A DNA stretch of 64,000 bases, taken from Strigamia acuminata (Eukaryota). Location: the NCBI GenBank assembly GCA_949358305.1, contig OX442314.1, forward strand, positions 19,034,001 through 19,098,000, read 5' to 3'. Below, piece by piece: positions 13,801 to 25,000 of the stretch. Within the stretch, counting starts at the first letter, position 1. Every line of letters starts with the position of its first letter. Below the pieces are notes generated by a model. The model saw only the letters and a list, made by a program, of their open reading frames with translations, did no database searches and was not told where the DNA came from. The position numbers and the translations under genes were made by a program.

Positions 13801-16800
13801 CGTTCAAAATTAGATTTAGTATTGACGGGAGATGTCACAAGAGCGTTTTACTTTTCATTTAGTTATATAGGCAATTTTAGACAAACTCTAGGGATCCTGA
13901 TGACTCTACAGATAACCTCTTCTGGGTTTGTCCATTATGAGTCAAGTCTTGCAGCCGGTAAGATGCAAATGGCGGCCATTCAAACGAACAAATCCTGTTT
14001 TGTGTTTATTATTTATAGAAATAAACGTCTTCCCATGCAAATTCGAACACTGTAAATTCATCAAATACACTCATTCATTTTTATGTTTGCCGAGCAATAA
14101 ATTCGTTTTAGCACACTCTTGCAACACAAGTCAGTGACATTGTTGCAATTGCCGTTAAGCACCGTCTTGATTTACAGTGCCAACTAATTCAACTACAGTT
14201 ACAGCGCCATTAAAGAAAATTAACACTTAAATCACTCCAAGTTAATTAGAAAGTAAAAACTTTTGTTGTTGACAATAACAATAAAAGATATGAAAGAAAT
14301 TAAAATCGCTTATAATGAAAAGCAAGAAAGTAAATATCCTGGAAAAGTTGGATGTTGAAGACACTATATAGGGGGGTTTATGAAGCAGAAAATTACATTT
14401 TGCCCAGTGTCTTGTGTGTTTCTTGCTGTTTCCTCGCTTCTCAGTGCGAGAGAAAGAAAGAAAGAGATCAATAGCAAACAAACACACAAGTGAAAGCAAT
14501 AGGACCACTTAAGCCTAATACAGTGGGAGGTCCATACACTAAGCTTCCATCTTGTTCTTGTTATGAAGTGAGGGATATACTTGTTTGGGTAAAACTCCAT
14601 TTCTTGTTGCAATAACAAGTGACCACAAGAGGGATAAATAGATTGCCAATGAGATAATAATTCGACATTCACAATGAATGCCTTTATTATTGCTAAAAGA
14701 CACGAGTTCATTGTAAATTATTTCTCCCTCGAACCTCGTAAATTCAATTTTCCATTTTTCTTTTTCAAACTAATCAAACCCCTGCTCTCTTTACCCATAC
14801 CACAATAAACCTGACTCAAAAGTTTCCCTCAACCAAAATTGTCTATTTTTTTTATAACCCCCTCTATTATACACCCTAGTAAATATTCCCCTCATGTCCT
14901 TCCTACTATAATTGAACTGGTTGTAAGTTCCAAGAGGAAGGTTGGCCCAATTTTCTCTCATATGTCAATACTGACCTCAGTTTGGCCATAGGCCACCACC
15001 GAACACTTCCCTGCATGACAAGTGTGACCCCACAAAAGGAGAGAATTTGATTGAGGGGAAAGCCGAAAATATATTAGTAGATAGATAATATTATCCCCTT
15101 TTAAAAATCGACATTTTATTCCTCAAAAAAAAAATTCCACAAAACTAAAAAATGTTGTTATAAACAATCTTCCATTAGCCACAAAGTGGGCCTAAAAATA
15201 AGTAGCGGACCTTCATTACCTTTTATTATTGCATCATTGTCTCTAGGGTATTATTTGGGCTTAAATAATGACACTACACTTCATTCCTTTAATCCTTTTG
15301 TAGATTAAACTTAAGCTCTCATAACTCACTGTAGATAAGAAACATCAAGCTAGCAAAAAAGCAACGGAAAAAAAAGAGAGACTAAAACAGCTTTCTTTTA
15401 CTTTCAGTGCACCAACAAGTGAAATATATATAAAGGGAAGTAAAGCAGAAGCTAAGTCTAAACCCACATCGTGTCCACTGACCATCTGGCCCAATTACAC
15501 CAATTGGTTTCATCCCACACCCCAAATAAGAGGCATAATTGATGCAAGTGGTCATCTGGTTCCAGTAGATACCAACCCTGTGTCATGTCAAATGACAATA
15601 TCTCGCTTCCTAAGTCTATTTTTCTTTATCTAATAGCAATTATTGAGTGGTGATGTGTTAACTAACAAAATGCAAGTGGCCATGATACGCCATGTTTTAA
15701 CACACCACCTAATTCAGATCATTAGGCCTATCTTCTTTCCTTTACTTTCTTCTTGTGAGGCAAAAAGGTATCTTCAAATCTTAAGGCTCCACCATTCTTT
15801 GACTTAGAGGGGGAGAATTGGCCAACAAACTGACCATCAGCTTCATGACCCCCCCACTAGTCTTCTTACCCCACCCCCTTATTTTCTTCAACCATGTGTC
15901 AAGATACAAGAATACTCACACAAATCAGACTTAGGGTCTTGTGGAAAAGTGGAACACCCTATACTTTGTACTTTTGCACAACAAATGACTACTGGTAGGA
16001 AAAAATAAATAATAAAATAATTTAATAAAAATAATATCTGAGAATTTGTTTCGAGCATTGGATGTAATTTTGTTTCATCTGTATTCCGATCACTATGCGA
16101 TAATTTAATTTTTTCTGTTTTTATTTGCACATTTTTCTTCATTGGATTCCCATTTCCATTATTGCCATGATTACGCAGGTAATGCCATACCATGTGCGCA
16201 ACAGTGCATGCAAAGAACTTTGGTCCGAGTTTAGATCAATTAAAGTGCAAATTCCAATCTGTCACTCACTTAATAACTACTATCAAGCCATTCATAGCTT
16301 GCAAACAGTCTACTGAACACTGTAATAAACATACATTTGTCTCTCTCAACTGCTGGATAATTTCCATGTGAACAAAACACATTCAAATTGGGTTTGAAAT
16401 TTGTCATCAAGACAGTTAAATATCGAGTTAGGAATCTCTCGAAAAGAAAAAGAAATGAAATAAAAAAATTAAAGCATTCTCAAATTAAAAACAAAAACAT
16501 ATTTTAACTTAATTTGAAAGTGCAATTTTTTATTTCGTTTAGCAATTTTTATATTTTTTTTTTCGGCTAAAAACAGTTGTCAAACAATTTTCTAGTTAAA
16601 ACATTTTGATAACTGCTTCGTGGTCTAAACCGGAGTTTTAAGGAAGGGTATTCAAGTGCAGTGGGGGATGAAATTGAGGATTAAACTGAGGGATTTCTTT
16701 TTCCCTTCTCCCAAATCCCCTGCCAGCCACAGTGTGTGTTCCAAACACAACATGGATGACAATTTGCATTGCTAGATTTGCAGTGTTCTTGATAAAACTT

Positions 16801-17877
16801 GATTTTCTTTTTTCCTTGTCAGCAGATTGTAAATCAAAATGAGAATTATTTTCAAATTCCCCAACATTTTGTACACACTCACACCACACAGCAAAAAATA
16901 ATAATAATAAAAAAGCAAATAGTTGATGCAGCATAAAAAAGCAAAAGTGGTAATATCCAGCTGAGAGTAAGAAAATATGTTTTGACTTCTTTTGACTTTA
17001 TGGCCTAAATCTCATCCTAAATCACGCTGAAAATTAAAGAATTCCCACATTCGAGACGAGGAAAACCTGTCAAAAGTAACTAAAATAAAATTTACTTTCA
17101 GTCGACTGCTAATCACAAAAAAATTAAACAAGAAAACTCTATCAATATGTAAAAAAATAAACAGAAAAAAAAAATTCAACTAAAATTTTTTTCACTTTTT
17201 TTTTATCATCAATCTAAGCATCTATCTTATTTTCCTTGCTATTTGTTTTGTCATACAAATATCCTTGCTTCACTGGCACTTATTAATGATTCCATTCTCT
17301 CTCGCTTTTTCCTCCTTAAAGATAAATATTTAACTGAGAAATTCCTTTTTTTTCATAGTGACACTCATAAAAAATTAGGACAGCATAAAGAAATCCAATA
17401 ATGAGCAGACATTAATCCGTAGAAAAATAAGAAGATATTTTTTGTTTTAAAAAAAAAAAAAAGATGAAAAATATCTCAAAATATTATTTCAAAATTGAAT
17501 TACGGGATATTTTCTTTTTTAATTTTTTTGTGAAAACTTTGTAGTAAACAAACTTCTTTGTGACAGCTTTCTAACAGCTGTGAGTAGTAGAAAAAATACC
17601 TAAGTCCTAACATTTTTTTTCATACCACACTCAGCTTGTCACTTATTACAATGGCTGTTTATCACATTTTGTTGAAGAAAACATTGTAGAAGCTAAAACC
17701 CTTGTCATGAAATAAACTTTTGTAATCTTATTCATGTATTTGCAGCTGCCAGGTCAAAACTTAATTATACATTTGAATAAAATAAGATTTATTTATGTAA
17801 TTCTCTGTGTAATATTTTATTCCATAAATATGAGACATGTCAGAAATTATCTAATTGATATTCCAATTTTTTTTTTA

Positions 17878-17882
17878 TAACC
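17878..17882. repeat. 5-bp target-site duplication TAACC (partner at 20822-20826)
   Basis: TAACC immediately precedes TGTGAG at 17883 and immediately follows CTCACA at 20821. Confidence 0.93.
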
Positions 17883-18014
17883 TGTGAGAATGATAAAGAC
17901 AACCGATCAAGATGATTGTCTAAACTAGACTGATTTATTCATAAAACCTAGAACCAATCATACAAAAGATAGAACAAGTCTCGAAATGACCCCCAGGGGG
18001 AGCTATCGCTCACA
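17883..18014 (-). repeat. 3' LTR (132 bp)
   Basis: Identical to 20690-20821; preceded on the minus strand by the PPT; minus-strand AATAAA at 17934-17939. Confidence 0.96.
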
Positions 18015-20388
18015 CGACCCCCCTTTTTGGGTTGTCGCCCTCGACAACAAAACAAAAATTCAACAATTTCGATACAATGCGATTTTCTAATGCACAACAA
18101 GCCTCCGATAACTCCTCGCTCATCTTTGTCGAGTCCGTCTCTCCCGTCAAAGTCTCTTCCTGTTCTTCGGCAAAATATCTCTTAAGCTCCAGGTCCTCCA
18201 TCCAGCCCGGCTCCAAATTTTCTCGTACAATCTTGCCCTTGTGACTCGATTCGTCTTCATTTTCATTCGCCTCATTCTTATCGTGTTCCTCGCCTTTCTC
18301 GTCGTGTTCCTCACCATATTTCGCGTCAACTTCATTGAACCCCGAAACCGTTTCGTCGAATTTTGATCTGTCCTCTCCCAAATTCACATTTTCTACGATC
18401 GCAACTAGCTCGATTTTCGTAACGTCAAGTTCTAAGTTCTCCTTCCCGCATTCCACGCCAAGATCGTCGTCGTTTTCAACAAATTCTTCGTCGTTGTTGT
18501 CAAAAATGCCATTTTCGTTTTCAACTTGATCGTTTTTTTCAAATTCGTCAACTTCTCCGTCCTTGTCGTCGTCTGCTACGTCCAAAATCTTGTCATATTC
18601 CACGACCAGTGACAAACACACGTTTTCTCGGTTCGCCTCTTTCTCGAATATTGCGCAACCAACAGTCCGAACCTTGCTGCGATCTCTTGAAACATTCATG
18701 TCGCCATTCGGTTCCAAAATCAGCCTCAGACCTTCTTGCCTACGCCAGTCTGTGCCTACGATGATAGGAAAAGGTAAACCTGACGACACTGCTACATTCC
18801 TCATTCTCGATTGAATATCGCCAATACGAAACGAAATGTCGAGAAATCCATCGATCTCCAACGGGCCATTGACGGAATGAAAACTGGCCCCCGATCTATT
18901 CGCTCTTAATTCCGTATTGTCTTTCAAAAATCTGCCGTCGATAATTGTCAAGTTTGCGCCCGGATCAATCAGCGCCTCAACGTCCGTGTCAAACTCCTCC
19001 ACACTACACGCAACGACCGTCAAATTCATCTCCGGTTTCCTCGTCTTGACAACACAAGCTATAACCTTCTCCGGCGTTTTCTCCGTCGTAACTGCTCCCG
19101 CACTTGCCAACAAACAGTCGAAAGACACGTGTCCGATCTTACCGCACTTAAAACACGTGAGAGTAGATTTATCCATCCCGTATCTATATTGCACGTGACG
19201 GTGTGAGTTCTTGTTCGTCGACGCCGCCGAAAATGCTTCCTTCGTCGATTCCCTCACCACGTCCTCCGCTGCTCGTTTAACTTCGACGTTACTACTATTT
19301 TTGTCCGTTGTCTTCACTTTTCTCGCCCCGTCCAAACCCCTCGCGCGATGTAAAAGCTCCTCAACCGAACCGATGTTGCCAGATGCCAACGGAAACGACA
19401 CCAACTCCTCGCCAATTCCGCCCAAAATCATCGACACTCGATCCGATTCACTTATACGGCTCGCACAACGCTCTAGTAAAGTGTTCTTTGAATAAATGTA
19501 ATGAACGATCGTCTCCGATGCTTCCAGTTTTCTTTTCTTTTGCATTTCAAAGAATTCGTTCAAGTTCATGCGGCACTTAAATCTATCTTCTAGAGCCCAC
19601 ATCCAGCCCTCCAAACTCGATATTTTCTTTCCTTCAGTCTTCTGCCAGTCGCTGGCGTGACCTTCTAGCCTCGTTGCTGCGTTCAATAGCGTCAGATCGT
19701 CCGTCCAGGCCGAAAGCTTCGCCACGCGTTTTACCTCCTTCACCCACAAATGCACGTTCTCCTTATCGTCGCCCGAAAAAGAGGATATGGCTTTTACGGT
19801 GTCGACGGTTGAGTGCATCTGCACCACCGTGGTCGCGGGACCCGTCTGCGAACACTGGGACGCGATGAGGCGGTTCATCACCAAAGTATTTTGTGCCAAC
19901 AACTCCGAATTCCGCGTCTCCTTCTCCGCATTACGCGCCTCCGTTTCCGCATTACGCGCCGCCGTCTCCGACTTGTCCCGCATCAACATCTTCATCATCT
20001 CGGCCATTTGAAAAACCATCAATTCGGCGGACGATGCCCCACTTCCGCTGGCCGGACGTGCCGCCTCCTCCGCTTCCAGTTTCTCCGCCTCCAACCTTTC
20101 TTTCGCCAATTCCTCCGCTGACGTTTTCTCTACGATCTCCGCATCGTCTTCCACCAACTTCTCCGCCGCGATTCTCTCCGCCTCCGCCGCCTCAAACGCA
20201 ACGATTTCCTTGTTATTTTGCAAAAGTACCGTCATCAAGTCTTGCTTCAAATTGCTCGTCGATTCCAATCCGCGCCTGTCGATTTCTCCTTTCAAAATCG
20301 TCACCGTGAATACGTTCAGGACGTCCTCGACGACGGACAAAAGCGACGAACGACATCCTTGCAAAATTACCGCCAAATTTTCCGCCAT
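18010..20388 (-). CDS. gag: Retroelement Gag-protease polyprotein, 792 aa: SAP-like motif, coiled coil, capsid, CCHC knuckle, aspartic protease, acidic tail
   Basis: The track ORF starts at a TTG (20442); the first in-frame ATG is at 20388. Capsid-like FSGDDKENVHLWVKEV...W...LEGHASDW; CX2CX4HX4C CFKCGKIGHVSFDC at 19114-19155; protease ALIDPGANLTII (DPG at 18958-18966) and IIVGTDW (18745-18765); D/E-rich C-terminus; TGA stop lies inside the 3' LTR. No YxDD, RNase H or integrase motifs seen. Confidence 0.92.
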   Translation of the reverse strand: MAENLAVILQGCRSSLLSVVEDVLNVFTVTILKGEIDRRGLESTSNLKQDLMTVLLQNNKEIVAFEAAEAERIAAEKLVEDDAEIVEKTSAEELAKERLEAEKLEAEEAARPASGSGASSAELMVFQMAEMMKMLMRDKSETAARNAETEARNAEKETRNSELLAQNTLVMNRLIASQCSQTGPATTVVQMHSTVDTVKAISSFSGDDKENVHLWVKEVKRVAKLSAWTDDLTLLNAATRLEGHASDWQKTEGKKISSLEGWMWALEDRFKCRMNLNEFFEMQKKRKLEASETIVHYIYSKNTLLERCASRISESDRVSMILGGIGEELVSFPLASGNIGSVEELLHRARGLDGARKVKTTDKNSSNVEVKRAAEDVVRESTKEAFSAASTNKNSHRHVQYRYGMDKSTLTCFKCGKIGHVSFDCLLASAGAVTTEKTPEKVIACVVKTRKPEMNLTVVACSVEEFDTDVEALIDPGANLTIIDGRFLKDNTELRANRSGASFHSVNGPLEIDGFLDISFRIGDIQSRMRNVAVSSGLPFPIIVGTDWRRQEGLRLILEPNGDMNVSRDRSKVRTVGCAIFEKEANRENVCLSLVVEYDKILDVADDDKDGEVDEFEKNDQVENENGIFDNNDEEFVENDDDLGVECGKENLELDVTKIELVAIVENVNLGEDRSKFDETVSGFNEVDAKYGEEHDEKGEEHDKNEANENEDESSHKGKIVRENLEPGWMEDLELKRYFAEEQEETLTGETDSTKMSEELSEACCALENRIVSKLLNFCFVVEGDNPKRGVV
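18018..18028 (-). other. Polypurine tract AAAAAGGGGGG
   Basis: 11 purines on the minus strand, 3 nt (TCG) before the 3' LTR. Confidence 0.9.
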
Positions 20389-20678
20389 TACGTCCGCCAC
20401 GTGTTTCGCAAAATTTTCAACAACAATCACCGATCTCGTCAACCACCGACAATGATCACCAACAACTTTTCAACTGCTTATATACGTCTCCGTCTCCAAA
20501 TCGAACGTTATCTGGACGTTTTCCACGTGTAACGCGCGTCGTCTCCTTCGTCTCCGTCCCCAAATTTCTCCGCAACTCGATTTTCGAAAATGTTAAGCCC
20601 ACGCGCTCTTCATCCAAATCGCCGTCATCAATTTCCAACTGTTTCAACTATTTCACCTTCCCCAAAGTCTTTTTATGT

Positions 20679-20689
20679 CGACTGCGCCA
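20679..20689 (-). other. Primer-binding site TGGCGCAGTCG, tRNA-Ser-type
   Basis: Starts with TGG directly after the 5' LTR; 11 nt complementary to a tRNA 3' end ...CGACUGCGCCA, as in arthropod tRNA-Ser (the primer type used by Drosophila 17.6/297). Confidence 0.85.
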
Positions 20690-20821
20690 TGTGAGAATGA
20701 TAAAGACAACCGATCAAGATGATTGTCTAAACTAGACTGATTTATTCATAAAACCTAGAACCAATCATACAAAAGATAGAACAAGTCTCGAAATGACCCC
20801 CAGGGGGAGCTATCGCTCACA
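20690..20821 (-). repeat. 5' LTR (132 bp)
   Basis: Base-for-base identical to 17883-18014; TG...CA ends with 6-bp terminal inverted repeat TGTGAG/CTCACA; minus strand has AATAAA (20741-20746) directly followed by Inr-like TCAGT (20736-20740); PBS abuts it. Confidence 0.96.
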
Positions 20822-21770
20822 TAACCGCATCATATTTACGAGCTTTTTTCGAGTAATCCGAATAATATATAGATAAATAATCGTATTCCTCTCTTTTAAA
20901 TCTATAAATATATAACACGATGTTAATTCCTCTAACTTTACAACACCAAAACAAACCCTGAATTCGCCGCAGATGAAAAAGATAAAAGCCCAAGTACTTA
21001 AATCAATAAATCTGTGCAACTGAAAAGTGAAAACAACCCTTTCCCCCTATACTCCAAATCTAACTAACTGAATAAACAAATAGTGCTCTTCCATTTTGTT
21101 TTTTTTAAAAGAAAAGAAAAGTAAAGACCACTTCAACATAGTAACAACATTGAGTGACATTGCCTCCAACTTATAAACACGAGACAGATTTATTTTAAGA
21201 AAAGCATCAGTTATTTTAAAAGGGAACTTGTCAAAACCACACTGCCAGAATAAATAACATTAAATCTTCCTGAATTCTTGGACAAAGTGCACACCCTAAC
21301 TCCAGTTAAGTTGGCACTTTGAAATAATTTCTTTTATACACGGCAGTAATTAAACTATTTTTAAAATAAAAATCTTAGTTACAAACACAAATAAAATAGT
21401 TAAAATAAAATAAAAATTGTCTGAGCTTGAAATTTATTACGGTCTTCTTGGCTTGTTGTATACCCCATTTCCGCCACTGGCGGGAAACACTGGAAGATAA
21501 TGGTTACAACTGTTTTCAGTTTCAAATGCTGCCAACTCAATTTCCAGCAACTTTTACAACTAGATAAAACTCCCAAACGGTTCAAAAAATACATTGAAAT
21601 ATATGTGGAAGTGTATTGGGTTTCACAAGAATGCGTTTTGTAAAATAAATTTTTTGTCAAATAGGAACGCATATTCAAATGCATTTTTTCAACGATATTA
21701 TGAATGCGTTATTTAATAAACAAACAATATACTTAATTCCACAAAATGGCGTACATTTTGAAAAGCAATA

Positions 21771-22023
21771 CCGTATTTCACCGATTAAGAGTCGCCCTCG
21801 AATTGTAGCGGCGACTGAAATACCAAGAATACCGTATTTTTGCAAAAGTACGGTATTGTTTCCTTATTTAACCTCACGAACGATGAACGTACGCTTCGTT
21901 CATGACGTTCAGACTTCGTTTGTTACATTAAACAAATGTAACAAACGAAAAACCGAAATTGTAATTGCTGACAAAAATGGCAGTTTTGAATTAGAGCCGC
22001 AGCTCTTAATCGATAAAATACGA
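21771..22023. mobile_element. TA-flanked MITE with CCGTA-type TIRs (Tc1/mariner-pogo-like)
   Basis: Left TA|CCGTATTTCACCGATTAAGAG; reverse complement of the right end is TA|TCGTATTTTATCGATTAAGAG; imperfect pairing continues for roughly 35 bp. Confidence 0.72.
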
Positions 22024-25000
22024 TATATTTGTAAAATACATTTCTGAATCACAATCGTTCTTGCAAATTAAGAAGTAAACAATTTCCAATTCGACCATTG
22101 CAACTTACTCCAAACTTAATTAAAATTGCCACCACAGCAAAATGTAGTACACACGAGACTATAGCCCAATACTGACAGTGACAAGGCTAATCAGAATTAG
22201 ATCCCCTCTTACTGAGTCAATAATAACAATGTTCACCGCAGCCAAGAGAAAAAAAGCAAACAAAGGGAAAAAACCGAACCAATTCTCAATAATAGAATAG
22301 CAGACCCAATTTAATTGGACAATAAATTACGCTACATGTTAGGTTTTCTACCCCTACCACTTCTTTTTAATCTATAATTGCGAATTTACTTGTAGAAATC
22401 CCTCTCACAATGAATTATCTGTGTGCTCCAATAGTAATTACCAAGTGGAGAAAGGTCAATTAAGAATGAAATATGAACAAAGTAAAAGAAAAAAAAAAGA
22501 AACAAGAGATCAAAGGCTACTTTGCCTATTTATAACAAAGTTAAGAAGAAATTAAAAATTAATTAGAAAAACTTTTTTCTTTTTTTTTCCATTTTCATTT
22601 AAATCACTCGTAATTTGAACCCTAAACTAGTAAAACTTAGGGCGCTGCAACCGAATCAGGGGACCGTTTGGAAATTCATACTCAACTGGATTTTTGCTGA
22701 GTATGTCTTAGATTGCACTTTTCTACTTTACTCCTCCTAATGGGACAGGTTTCGATTGAAGGGCAGCCTGGCATGAAATTCACACAGCAAAAGGCTTTTT
22801 CGGATGAGACATCCTCGCATTGTGACTAGAGCCAAAAGCTGTGATAATGCCCTCAAAGAGAAGTTAGCTAGAATGGGATAGGGAGGAATTTGGGAGATGA
22901 GAATCACATGTACACACAAAGTACAGACAAATGTTGTTAGAGGATGGCCAGAGAAGCAAATAGCTTTTTCTTAGCTTTCGCTTGGATGTCCTTTTTTCCT
23001 TCCTCACTTTATTTTATCTTTAGGAAGAGCCATGGAGGAGCTTTAAGGAATATTGTTTTCGATATAGAGACAACACAAACATAGATAGCTATTGCACAAG
23101 TTAAGCACTAATAACAAACAAGATTAAAAGTCGTTGCAAACATTTTAAACAACTTTGATGGTTATTTCATTTCTAATATCATCAAATAAAATTTATTTCA
23201 TTCGTAATCCACCAATTTAATAAAAGATAATTAAACTAGGAAAATCGTTATTTAAATAATTTTAAAGACGCAAAATTGCAAATATAAACATGAAAACATG
23301 TCACAAAAATTGCACTAGCTACTGGAATTACCCGTCAGAGATAAACAATCCTTTTCATGTCCTTTTAAATAGCATTTTTACATGCAATAATGCGGCCATT
23401 TCAAGCTGCTTAAACTTATAAATTTCTTCAAGTTTAATCCTACACCAGGTGTTTTATTTTGTATTCAGATTTTTTTTATCTCTTTTTTTTTTATAACCCT
23501 AGATTAAAATCTTGTTACGTCGAAATTTAAGCCTTAAAAAATTGTTTACCCGGCTTTGTTCAGCATTCTTCAAGCACATCCTATCTATCTTAAAGCCCAT
23601 TAGAATTGTTTTAAAATAATAAACTTGATTTTTGTAATGAGATGTCTACTTTTTTCATTTCGAAACTCAGTTTGATATGAAGACAGTTAAAACATGACTT
23701 TGATATTTACTTCTAAGACCTCCAAAACAAGTTTTCTTTTTTATAATAAATTATTATTTTTTTATTATTACAAAAAAAAAAAAAAAAAAAAAATTAAAAA
23801 GAGTTAACAATAATCATTTTTTGTTCCATCAAACTTCATTCACGAACGCTATTATACCATAAAGCAGTAGTGAGAACAGACTAGTGTTTTTGACTCATGT
23901 CACAACGCGTCAATCCCTTATGCCCTTAAATAAAGGTACTGACTAAACTCATTTAGACCCTTATGCCCAAGTTCACACACAGATTAAACTGACAGCTACT
24001 TAAAATGTTCACTCTAAAAGAATAAAAAGGAAACTAAATTGACAAGACTTCTTTAAAATATGTTTAAATATTTATCAATTAAATTGATATTGGACATGGT
24101 CATCACTTTAATCCTTTTGTCACTTTAACTTACCCCTTCAAGGGAAGAGCACCAGATGGACTGTAAATTTGTTAACATCCTTCAATTGGCCAGATCGACC
24201 GACCCCTTCCCATAAAATGGAAACTTTTTCTTTTTTTCCCTTCTTTCAGATGGAATTTTCTTTCACACATCCTTTCAAAAACGCTAACTCACTACCCTAC
24301 TAACTTTCCCACTATCAGATGGGAACAAATTTAGATTTAGAGACAATTGCCTTTGTGAATTCTTCACTTCAAAGTGAAAGAAAAAAAAAACGAAAAAGAA
24401 AAGTCCTTCAGTAAAGACTCCAAAGAATGTTCATTATGTTGGAAAAAAGGGTCCAAATTGAAAATTGTATTTAAAGAGCCTTTTAATTCAACTTCCAATT
24501 CGTCTACGTTAAAGAAAGGATATAACCACTCCCATTCGCCGATAAATCTCGATATTTTTTTCCCCATTAAAGAAATGAATAGCCGTTCTGCCGTCCCATA
24601 GTAAAACACGCCATCTTACAACATGTTGGAAACCTTTCTATCACTTGTTTAATGGATAAAAGAACCAGATCTTCAACCTAGTCTGCCTCTGGCAACCATT
24701 TCTACAGCTGCTCCAAGACTTTTTTTTTCCTTATTCGGTTTGAGATGACACCGACAAGAGGCGGGGGGAGAAAAAAAATAAGGGGAGTTGTTCCTTAAGA
24801 GTCCAGGTTCCGAGAGATCATCTGCTACTTAAGTACAAGTAGGTGGATAAGGGGGTTCATGACAAGAATCCAGTGCTTGGATCTGTTGATGTTGGGGTTC
24901 CCTATTCAAGTTACTTGAACTAAGAGGTTCCAATTTCACCGTTCCTATCCAAACAAAAGAGAAAGAAAAACATTAATTTCTTGTGTCACAAATGTCACAC

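Larger units (their letters stand above)
17883..20821 (-). mobile_element. Non-autonomous Ty3/gypsy-like LTR retroelement (gag-protease only), full length, 2939 bp
   Basis: Identical 132-bp direct repeats at both ends, each TGTGAG...CTCACA; TAACC duplicated on both flanks; PBS and PPT placed correctly for minus-strand orientation; internal gag-PR ORF; interior clearly richer in GC and CpG than the flanks. Confidence 0.96.

Noticed and set aside
16638..16934. ORF starting MLHQLFAFLLLLFFAVW, signal-peptide-like, with a nearby GTGAGT
   Set aside because: The hydrophobic run comes from a (TTA)n/poly-T tract and there is no other support.
18010..20442. Domesticated Gag gene (Arc/PEG10-like)
   Set aside because: Identical LTRs, TSD, PBS and PPT show a recently mobile element, not a domesticated host gene.
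18032..20532. Many plus-strand and alternate-frame ORFs overlapping gag
   Set aside because: Shadow ORFs expected opposite a GC-rich coding region; no recognisable motifs.
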